DNA from: Macrostomum lignano
Lineage: Eukaryota
Direction of reading: 5' to 3'
Assembly: GCA_002269645.1 (NCBI GenBank)
Contig: NIVC01000149.1
Span: forward strand, 62,001-126,000
DNA length: 64,000 nt
Part shown: positions 53,826-64,000 of the stretch, one piece after another
Layout: each line of letters opens with the position of its first letter
Numbering within the stretch: the first letter of the stretch is position 1
Position numbers and translations under genes: made by a program
Notes under the pieces: generated by a model
What the model was told of the DNA's origin: nothing
Seen by the model: only the letters and a program-made list of their open reading frames with translations
Databases searched by the model: none

Positions 53826-54635
53826 GGACACAGGAGCACAAGGTCAGTATTGGATAAAAGCATCTGCATAGGTCTGTCTGTAGCAATCGCTAGGTTGGAG
53901 GTGGTTTCGGTTATTTCGAGTTAGCCAGAAAGAGCGCGTTAGTTCGCAAAATCATAACATTAACAAAGCTTGCCATTGCAAGCAAAAAAATGGTCAGCAA
54001 AAAACGCAGACTCTGCAAGGAGTTGAAAAAGAAGGCTAGCCGAGGTTTTCAAAACAAGGAGACAAAAACAAAAGACAGACAGACAAATCATTTCTACGAA
54101 TACGTACACCGATTAAAAACCGACACAAGTTAAACTAACAAAAACTGACTGATAATTGCAGTGGAAGTTACTTAAAAGACCTAGCAATGTATTTAATTAT
54201 GAACTAGGGAGCTAAGTAAGACTGGGGACATTGATTTAAACTTCATTTAAATTACACGTAAAGATGCCTTGACTAGAAGCGTAATAGACTAATTTTGTCC
54301 TATAGCTTAGATGAGACAAGATAAGAGCCTTTTCCGCCGAGCATGACCAGCAATACTAACCATAATGACTGTGTAGCCGATGTACTCGTAGGCAATGTAC
54401 ATCATAATGTACAGCCAAGTCTGGTATAGACTGTAGCAGCAGATACTAATCAGATGTCACTCACAAAAAAGTTTTAAAAAGCAGAGCGTCTACTCTTTTT
54501 CAGTAGTTTTTCTGCGCATTGTCACTTCCTCGGGGTTAGCGGCCTCAGGCTCAGGGGCATATGGGGTGCTAAGATGCTAAGCCTTGGGTGCTAAGACTGA
54601 ACAACCAGCATTTAACTCGATGTGGACAGTGAATG

Positions 54636-54960
54636 CAAGACGGACGAAACTCCGTCTGGGGAGGCAGGCCCAGTCTTGCTCAGCCAATGAGAGAGGAGTA
54701 AGGAAAGAGGTCAAAGTTAGGCAGACAAAACTCCGCCTAGGGAGGGGCAGCCCAATCTAGCTCAGCCAATGAGAGAGCAGTAAGGAGAGAGGCCAAAGTT
54801 TGACAGACGAAACTCCGCCTAGGGTGGAGGGCAGCCCAATCTAGCTCAGCCAATGAGAGAACAGTAAGGAGAGAGGCCAAAGTTAGGCAGACGAAACTCC
54901 GCCTAGGGTGGGGGCAGCCCAATTTAGTTCAGCCAATGAGAAAGCAGTACGGAAAAAGTT
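54636..54960 (+). repeat. ~83-bp tandem repeat, 4 copies, with CCAAT and GC/GT boxes
   Basis: AGCCAATGAG with CCAAT at 54684, 54766, 54850 and 54933. Confidence 0.9.
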
Positions 54961-55994
54961 AAACTCAGAAACAAGCGATACTAATACTGTTTATCGATCG
55001 TCTGGCTTGGGGCTGGGGCGCCACCCCTCGTCTCTCTTGCTCGCTATGCACACGCACTTGGTTCAAACAGGATGAAGATGGTGTTATAATGAGCTTTCGC
55101 AGGTCAGAGTCTATTGTTGCAGCTCCATCTAAAGCTCTAAATATCTTGTAGATTTTAATCATTTTTATTTAACTATAATAAAGGTAAGAAACGCTAATGT
55201 TGTTACTAAAAAGAGTAGATAAGCGCATTTTTTGCGAGTGACATTTGAGTTTAGGCTATAGGCTAAATCTCTTCATTCTCGACTGGAAATGCTTTGCACA
55301 ATAGCAGAGTGCTGAAATAGAGGCAGTCCATGGCCAGCCCCATTAACATTGCTGTTAACCTACTCAATGCTAGTAATAATCAGAATAGTGCATTATTGTA
55401 TCGCTGAGCGGTGAAACTATGAAAAAGGAGGTAAATACGAAATATGAAATTCAACTAGGGCCTATGCGGTACGATAGCAACAGGCCAGGTGCATGCACGC
55501 ACAAGCGTGCGCCAAGTGGAGTGTGGCTGAATTACGCAACAAACTAGTTAGTTAGCTGAAAATTCGGTAAAAAACAGTATTAGAATACATGTAGATATAA
55601 AAATTGATTGCGCAACAACAAATTCCTGTGGAAAAATTGCAGGCATTCCAAAGATGTATAGCGATATTAGAAATAGAATTTTATATATTATATACACTAA
55701 TAATAAGTGCATGCTGATTTGTTCATTATACCTACATGCTCAACTAAATAGGCAGGTGCAGTCAATACATTAATGTACATGTACCGTACTGAATTTAAAA
55801 AGAGAGAATACTGCTCCGTAATCAGCAAGATGTGTGAGCGAAACAGAAACTAGGCATATAACAGATTGGGGGAGTTGCAGAGTTGAGGTGAGGACTCTGC
55901 ACTCTATTGCACTCGCTCAGGTGCTAAAAATAAAGGTAATATTTGTTAAACAAAACCTGTGCAAATAGGATTGCAATTGGCCGCTGCTGAGAGT

Positions 55995-56542
55995 CAGAAT
56001 TTTCACTGACGGCTGGGGGATGGGGAAGATGGGAGATGGGGAAGATGGGAGATGGGGAAGATGGGAGATGGGGAAGATGGGAGATGGGGAAGATGGGAGT
56101 CGGGGAAGATGGGAGATGGGGAAGATGGGAGATGGGGAAGATGGGAGATGGGGAAGATGGAAGATGAGGAAGATGGGAAATGGGGAAATGGAAGATGGGG
56201 AAGATGGGAGTCGGGGAAGATGGGAGATGGAAAGGTGGGAAATGGGGAAGATTGGGAGTCGGGGAAGATGGGAGTCGGGGAAGATGGGAGATGGAAAGGT
56301 GGGAAATGGGGAAGATTGGGAGTCGGGGAAGATGGGAGTCGGGGAAGATGGGAGATGGAAAGGTGGGAAATGGGGAAGATTGGGAGTCGGGGAAGATGGG
56401 AGATGGAAAGGTGGGAAATGGGGAAGATGGGAGATGGGGAAGATGGGAGATGGGGAAGATGGGAGATGGGGAAGATGGGAGATGGGGAAGATGGGAGATG
56501 GGGAAGATGGGAGATGGGGAAGATGGGAGATGGGGAAGATGG
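55995..56542 (+). repeat. 16-bp purine-rich repeat (GGGGAAGATGGGAGAT)
   Basis: About 34 units with variants. Confidence 0.95.
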
Positions 56543-57333
56543 TGGATTTCATAGGGATTAAATTTTCTAATTCCCAGCAGCAAATAATTAAATTAAAAGA
56601 GAAAAAATAAACACACATATATATGGTATAAGAATTTCAATCTGGTTACATCTGACAATCAAAGGTAAATAAAAAATAAAAATAGCAGAAAAAACGGATC
56701 AAGTTAAAAGAACACAGCAGAAGCGATAGATTATAATCGTGGTCAGGATATAAAAGAGACTCGTCTTCACAATAAGAGCTGCTGAACTATTGCTGTAAAA
56801 TGACTCCCTGACTAGTGAAGGATTAACAGTACTAAATAAGCAACAATTCAAATCAATTAGCGATATGCGCGATATGGAGATCAGTTCTGAAATTCAATAA
56901 ATAGGAATTATTATTATTTGTATCCTACTTGTTTTGTGGCCGGGTGTAAAACTCAAGCCAAAAACCGTAAATACGTAATTTAGACTCCAAGTCTTTACCT
57001 CGCATGAAGCAAAAAAAGCTCTGTTTCCATGGTAACACATGCAGTTGCTATGCTGTTAAATTGCTGACATTATCGTCAAGACACATGTTCAACTACTTAA
57101 AGACGCAGGCTCTGCTAAAACCTATTGATTCATTGTCTGTAGCTCGTAGCCATGGGAACGCATGTCGCTATGTGGTTGCTATGCGGTTGCTATTCTGTTT
57201 AAATATAATTTTGTTTATTATAGTCATCAATTCATAGCTCGAATTCTTAATAAAAGTTGCTATGGTGTAACCATGGAAACACACACACCCGTTGCTATGC
57301 GGTTGCTATGGCCATGTGATACAGGCGGGGAAG

Positions 57334-60300
57334 TCACTCAGGCGGCAGGTTCTCGTACACATTAGTGGTGACGTGCTGAAACCAGGCCTGCAATCGGTCG
57401 AAGCTGGGCCGGTCCTCCGGCTTGTAGGCCCAGCACTGCTGCATGAGGTTGTACAGATCCGAAGCTGCCAGCTGCGGCTGCGGCAGCCGGCAGCCCTCCT
57501 CGATTTGCTTCAGCACTTCAACACCGTCCAAATCGCCCCAGGGCGGCTCGCCGAGGCTGTACAGCTCCCAGAGGCAGACGCCGAAGCTCCAGACGTCCGA
57601 CGCGGAGCTGAATAGGCGATAGTAGATGGCCTCGGGCGCGTACCATTTGATTGGCCACTTGCCGCGCTGAGTTGCCCTGCAGAAACAATTAGTTGTGTCT
57701 GGTTCAGTAGCCAAGGCTATGTGTTGGTTGCTATGGTAACAAGTGGCAAACAATTATAGGATGCAATGGAGGGGCCAAAATTCTGCTGCTATGGAAACAG
57801 GTTTCCGTTGCTATGGCATTACAACAAATATCGGTTGCTTTGGACAGGGGGCATAACAACAAATATCGGTTGCTTTGGACAGGGGGCATAACAACAAATA
57901 TCGGTTGATATGGCATAACAAATATCGGCTGCTATGGCATAACAACAAAAATCGGTTGCTATGGCATAACAACAAAAATCGGCTGCTATGGCATAACAAC
58001 AAAAATCGGTTGCTATGGCATAACAACAAATATCGGTTGCTATGGCATAACAACTAATATCGGTTGCTATGGGCATGGCATAACAACAAATATCGGTTGC
58101 TATGGGCATGGCATAACAACAAATATCGGTTGCTATGGGCATGGCATAACAACAAATATCGGTTGCTATGGGCATGGCATAACAACAAATACCGGATTCT
58201 ATGGCACAACAACAAATATTGGTTGCTATGGCATAACAATAAATATCGGTTGCTATGGAAATTACTGGTTACTAGACAACTATTTCTGGTTGCAAAATCA
58301 AACAAGTACCGGTTGCTAAAGAATAGGTATTAGTTGCTATGACAAGAACCAGCATATGGCACAACAGAGTCAAGCATCGCTAAATTACCTGTAATAGTCA
58401 GTATCAGCTCCAACCGCTCTGGACAAACCGAAATCGGAGATCTTGGCCCGGCCCTCGTCGGCTAGCAGGACATTCCTAGCCGCCAGATCGCGGTGAATGC
58501 AGCCCCGCTGCTCCAGGTACTGCATACCTTCGGCCACCTGCAGGGCCCATCGGTACAGCGGCTCCTGACAGTCGGTGAGGGCGGCCTGCCTGGCCGGCTG
58601 CCGGATGTAGTCCAGCAGGGAGCCGAGCGGGCACAGCTCCAGCAGCATCATGAGCCGCTTGTTCTCGCACAGGCCCAGCACGCGCACAATGCTGGGATGG
58701 GCGAGTTTGGCCATCACGGCCGCCTCCTTCACAAAGTCTAGCCGGGTCTGCGCGGAGGCCAGCACCTTCACTGCCACTTCCTGGACAATTGGGATAGTGT
58801 GTAACGTTTCTTTCGATACATATCGGTCGGTAGTATTATTAAGCAATTGTCACAAGAGGCAGCAGAGCCCACTGGCAATCTCTTCATCTATCGGAAATGC
58901 CGCAAGTTTTACATAAGCAGGAAATCAGCTCACCTGGACCGCTGAGTCCCCCCTGGTCAGGCGGCCGCTGAACACCTCGCCGAACTCGCCTTCGCCCAAC
59001 CTGGCCAGCAGGATCACCTGGTTAGCCGGAATTAGCGGCAGGTCACCTCCGCCCCCGGCTGCTGCCGCGGAGCCGCCGGCGCCGCTGCCGCCAGACTTCG
59101 ACTTTCCGCTGGCCGCCCGCTCGCCGGAGCCGCCGCTGGACTCGGAGGCTGCGCCGCCGCTGCCGCCACTGCGACGGGTTGACGACCGGCGAGAGTTCGA
59201 GCCGCCGCCACCGCCGCCTGCGCCGTCCAGCCGGACGATGTCGCGCTCAGCGCGCTCAACGCCGCGGGGCGCCAGACGTTCGACGTCGATCAGCTTGGAT
59301 TCGGGCGAGACCGCCCACTTTAATCGGCAGGGGATGCCGTCGGCAAAGCGGATCAGGTGCTCGACAAGGTGGGCTGAAATATTCGGATTTCGGAATAGTG
59401 AAATTACCGACTGAAAACTTATCAATGGGGGAGGATTCTAAGAAAAATCCGAAGTGATTCCAGGAAACAAGAAATTTAATAATAAAATCTGCATTGGCTT
59501 AAAGAATAATTGAATTAAGCTTCTAGAATCAATGGATATCCTAGCGATTCTAAGAAACAACGGATATCCTAGCGATTCTAAGAAACAACGGATATCCTAG
59601 CGATTCTAAGAAACAACGGATATCCTAGCGATTCTAAGAAACAACGCATATCCTAGCGATTCTAAGAAACAACGCATATCCTAGCGATTCTAAGAAACAA
59701 CGGATATCATAGCGATTCTAAGAAACAACTGATATCCTAGCGGTTCTAAGAAACAACTGATATCCTAGCGATTCTAAGAAACAACTGACATTACTTTAGT
59801 GGTTTTAAGAAACAACGGATATCCTAGCGATTCCAAGAAACAACGGATATCCTAGCGATTCTAAGAAACAACTGATATTACTTTAGTGGTTTTAAGAAAC
59901 AACCGATATCCTAGCGATTCTAAGAAAAAACTGATATCCTAGCGATTCTAAGAAACAACGGATATCCTAGCAATTCTAAGAAACAACTGATATCTTAGCG
60001 ATTCTAAGAAACAACTGATATCCTAGCGATTCTAAGAAACAACTTATATTACTTTAGTGGTTTTAAGAAACAACGGATATCCTAGCGATTCCAAGAAACA
60101 ACGGATAGCCTAGCGATTCCAAGAAACAACGGATATCCTAGCGATTCTAAAAAACAACTGATATTACTTTAGTGGTTTTAAGAAACAACTGATATCCTAG
60201 CGATTCTAAGAAACAACCGATACCCTATTGATTCTTAGAAATTGATATCCTAGCGATTCTAAGAAACAGCTGATATTCATAAAAGCAACCGATGCTTTTA

Positions 60301-63272
60301 TAATTCCAAGAAATAACTGCAATTCTTGTTTCTAAAAAACAACGGATATCCACAAAATGTTAGAGACAAAAAAGATCAATTAAAAGCCTACAAAATTCCT
60401 CATAAAAGCTCCAAGGAAGCAACTGAAAAGCCAGCGCAGGTACCTGGACTCTGGTGCAACGGGCCGCCGCTGATGAACCAGGCCTCCTGGGCCGGCACGC
60501 CCGGATAGGCGCCGCCGCTGACCTCCACCGCGTATTTGAGCGTCTGGCCGCGGCAGGTGACGCACAGGACCAGTTTGCGATCGCCGGCAGACGAGCGCCG
60601 AAGCAAGAAGGTGCCATCGTCGGGCGGATCGCGGTGCCGACGAAGCGCCGCCTCGGTGTCCTGCTTGGACAGGTCAGAGTGGAACCAGTCCACCAGGCAG
60701 GTGAGCGGTGAGGGGCAGCGGTAGTTCGCCATGGCCTCGGCCAGCTCGGCGAATCCGAATCTCAGCGCCAGCTCGTAGGGCAGCTCGCCGTCGCAGTTGC
60801 GCGGATGCGGAGCGGCGTGGAAGCGGAGCAGCGTGTTGACGCAGTCGGCGTGGCCCAGCACGGCCGCCTCGTGCAGCGGTGTGTTGCCGGAGAACGGGCA
60901 GCGGACCTGCGGCGCGGTGGCGGGGCCGGAGCCGGTAAGAGTACGGACTGCACAGCCTCGGAATTCCGACTTGGGAATACCGCATTTGCTGAGATAGCGA
61001 TATCACAAAAAAGTAGATAGCAGAATGTCAGGAAATGTCAGGAAGTCAGATGGCAGAATCTCAGAAGCAGATGACAGAATCTCAAGAAGTGAGATGGCAG
61101 AATGTTAGGAAGTAGATGGAAGAATCTCAAGGTAGTAGATAGCAGAATGTCAAGTAGTAAATACCAGAATCTCAGGGAGTAGATGGCAGAATCTCAGGAA
61201 GTTAGATGGCAGAATCTCAGGAAGTTAGATGGCAGAATCTCAGGGAGTAGATGGCAGAATCTCAGGGAGTAGATGGCAGAATCTCAGGGAGTAGATGGCA
61301 GAATCTCAGGGAGTAGATGGCAGAATCTCAGGAAGTTAGATGGCAGAATCTCAGGGAGTAGATGGCAGAATCTCAGGAAGTTAGATGGCAGAATCTCAGG
61401 AAGTTAGATGGCAGAATCTCAGGGAGTAGATGGCAGAATCTCAGGGAGTAGATGGCAGAATCTCAGGAAGTTAGATGGCAGAATCTCAGGAAGTAGATAG
61501 CAGTATATCAGGGAGTAGGTGGCAGAATCTCAGGGAGTAGATGGCAGAATCTCAGGAAGTTAGATGGCAGAATCTCAGGGAGTAGATGGCAGAATCTCAG
61601 GGAGTAGATGGCAGAATCTCAGGGAGTAGATGGCAGAATCTCAGGGAGTAGATGGCAGAATCTCAGGAAGTTAGATGGCAGAATCTCAGGAAGTTAGATG
61701 GCAGAATCTCAGGAAGTTAGATGGCAGAATCTCAGGGAGTAGATGGCAGAATCTCAGGGAGTAGATGGCAGAATCTCAGGGAGTAGATGGCAGAATCTCA
61801 GGAAGTTAGATGGCAGAATCTCAGGAAGTTAGATGGCAGAATCTCAGGGAGTAGATGGCAGAATCTCAGGGAGTAGATGGCAGAATCTCAGGGAGTAGAT
61901 GGCAGAATCTCAGGGAGTAGATGGCAGAATCTCAGGGAGTAGATGGCAGTATATCAGGGAGTAGATGGCAGAATCTCAGGGAGTAGATGGCAGAATCTCA
62001 GCAAGTAGATTGCAGAATCTCAGCAAGTAGATTGCAGAACCTCAGAAGTAGATGGCAGAATCTCAGAAGTAGATGGCAGAATCTCAGGGAGTAGATGGCA
62101 GAATCTCAGGAAGTTAGATGGCAGAATCTCAGGGAGTAGATGGCAGAATCTCAGGGAGTAGATGGCAGAATCTCAGGGAGTAGATGGCAGAATCTCAGGG
62201 AGTAGATGGCAGAATCTCAGGGAGTAGATGGCAGAATCTCAGCAAGTAGACAGCAAAAAAGTACAGTTTAAAAAGAGCAGAATGCACACAATTCCTACAG
62301 TTTATCCTTGCCCCATCAAAGCAGCTCACCTGCGGACTCGCCCGGCCCAGCTTGAGCAGCGTCTCGGCCACGTGAGCGAAGGATCGCTGCACAGCCCGGT
62401 GCAGAGCTGTAAACCCAGCGCAATCCCGCAGGCCGGTCTCGGCGCCGGCCTCCAGCAGCAGCTTCACCACGTCGTTGCTGCCAGTCTTGGCCGCTTCAAT
62501 CAGCGGCGTTGCGCCATTGTCGCTGGACTTCTCGTTCAGCATTAGCGGGTCGCAGGCGCCGCCAGACTGCGGAGCGGAGGATTCCTTGGTTACCTCTACC
62601 TGTGCATGAGCTCGTCCCTAATCACCTCTACCTTTGTATGAGCTGGTCCTTAATCACCACTACCTGTGCATGAGCTGGTCCTTAATCACCACTACCTGTG
62701 CATGAGCTCGTCCCTAATCACCCCCACCTTTGTATGAGCTGGTCCTTAATCACCACTACCTGTGCATGAGCTGGTCCTTAATCACCACTACCTGTGCATG
62801 AGCTCGTCCCTAATCACCCCCACCTTTGTATGAGCTGGTCCCTAATCACCCCCACCTTTGTATGAGCTGGTCCTTAATCACCACTACCTGTGCATGAGCT
62901 GGTCCTTAATCACCACTACCTGTGCATGAGCTGGTCCTTAATCACCACTACCTGTGCATGAGCTGGTCCTTAATCACCACTACCTGTGCATGAGCTGGTC
63001 CTAAATCACCACTATAGATATATCTACTACTGGTCCTTCATCTTTCCCTTGGAGCTCACCTGCAGCTGCATGAGCACCCGGCGCACCTCCGCCATGTTGG
63101 CCCGCCTGGCTGCCAGGTGCAAAGCATTGGTTGAGCCGTATACGGTGATGGCGGGCGGAGGAGGCTGGGCTATGACAGGCCGACTCAGCTGGCACACAAT
63201 GGAATTGTCCGTTCGACGAAACTCCGACACCAACAAGTCGATCCCGAGGTATTTGGCAGAGGTGCCGTGAAC
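57334..63272 (-). CDS. shark: Shark/HTK16-type non-receptor tyrosine kinase (SH2-5xANK-SH2-kinase), 5'-partial
   Basis: Minus-strand exons 63272-63060, 62566-62330, 60906-60444, 59373-58934, 58780-58389 and 57676-57334, phases 0/0/1/0/2 consistent. They encode the end of SH2-N, five ankyrin repeats (NALHLAA, GATPLIEAA, GFTALHRA, GNTPLHEAA, GELPYELA), an SH2 (WFH..FLLR) and a kinase (GEGEFG, VAVK, HRDLAARN, DFG, DYYRATQRGKWPIKWYAPE). The first exons lie beyond 64000. Confidence 0.92.
57806..58260 (+). repeat. 27/33-bp minisatellite (GGCATAACAACAAATATCGGTTGCTAT), last shark intron
   Basis: About 15 units. Confidence 0.92.
59535..60340 (+). repeat. 28-bp minisatellite (GCGATTCTAAGAAACAACGGATATCCTA), shark intron
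   Basis: About 28 units. Confidence 0.95.
61020..62245 (+). repeat. 22/23-bp minisatellite (GTAGATGGCAGAATCTCAGGGA), shark intron
   Basis: More than 50 units. Confidence 0.97.
62592..63008 (+). repeat. 32-bp minisatellite (CTACCTGTGCATGAGCTGGTCCTTAATCACCA), shark intron
   Basis: About 13 units filling most of the intron. Confidence 0.95.
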
Positions 63273-63307
63273 CTGAGTTTGGGGGGGGGGAATTGAACTT
63301 GAGGCCA

Positions 63308-63990
63308 AGGTCGGGGTTTGATGATGGGAGACTGGGGTCGGGGTTAGATAATGGGAGACTGAGGTCGGCGTTTGATAATGGGAGACTGATGTCAGGGTTT
63401 GATGATGGGAGACTGAGGTCGGCGTTTGATAATGGGAGACTGAGGTCGGGGTTTGATGATGGGAGGCTGAGGTCAGGGTTTGATAATGGGAGGCTGAGGT
63501 CAGGGTTTGATAATGGGAGACTGAGGTCGGGGTTTGATGATGGGAGGCTGTGGTCAGGGTTTGATAATGGGAGACTGGGGTTGGGGTTCGATAATGGGAG
63601 ATTGAGGTCGGGGTTTGATAATGGGGGACTGAGGTTGGAGTTTGATGATGGGAGGCTGAGGTCAGGGTTTGATGATGGGAGGCTGAGGTCAGGGTTTGAT
63701 AATGGGAGGCTGAGGTCAGGGTTTGATAATGGGAGACTGGGGTTGGGGTTAGATAATGGGATATTGAGGTCGGGGTTTGATAATGGGAGACTGAGGTTGG
63801 AGTTTGATTATGGGAGGCTGAGGTCAGTGTTTGATGATGGGAGATTGAGGTCGGGGTTTGATGATGGGAGGCTGAGGTCAGGGTTTGATAATGGGAGATT
63901 GAGGTCGGGGTTTGATGATGGGAGGCTGAGGTCAGGGTTTGATAATGGGAGATTGAGGTTGGGGTTTGATAATGGGAGACTGAGGTTGGT
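63308..63990 (+). repeat. 27-bp minisatellite (TGATAATGGGAGGCTGAGGTCAGGGTT), shark intron
   Basis: About 25 units. The 27-bp period explains the stop-free RLRSGFDNG ORF. Confidence 0.95.
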
Positions 63991-64000
63991 TTAATAATGG

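Overview
This is eukaryotic (metazoan) genomic DNA with GT-AG introns, GC-rich exons and a very high load of micro- and minisatellites. The style (long GACA/GATA tracts, minisatellite-filled introns, poly-Ala/Gln/His exons) suggests a free-living flatworm such as Macrostomum; that assignment is inference. Four protein-coding genes can be assembled by hand with phase-consistent splice junctions: an EGR/stripe zinc-finger gene (+, 3 exons), VPS26 (+, 5 exons), a Cdx/caudal ParaHox gene (+, 3 exons) and a Shark/HTK16-type SH2-ankyrin-SH2 tyrosine kinase (-, 6 exons, 5' end outside the window). Between them lie a Gypsy LTR remnant, tRNA-derived SINEs (one with a 13-bp TSD), a foldback element, Tc1-like fragments and a Crypton-like ORF within a cluster of CCATAGAC motifs. 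The most striking pattern is that many minisatellite units carry near-optimal transcription-factor consensus sites, forming homotypic arrays. These include ETS+TEAD in egr intron 2 (with a perfect CArG box at the egr promoter), PBX-MEIS decamers after egr, CTCF/YY1-like sites after cdx, CACGTG E-box plus Su(H), NF-Y plus Sp, RFX X-boxes and STAT GAS sites in shark. All motif counts are manual and untested against a shuffled background. There is no CRISPR array and no prokaryotic feature.
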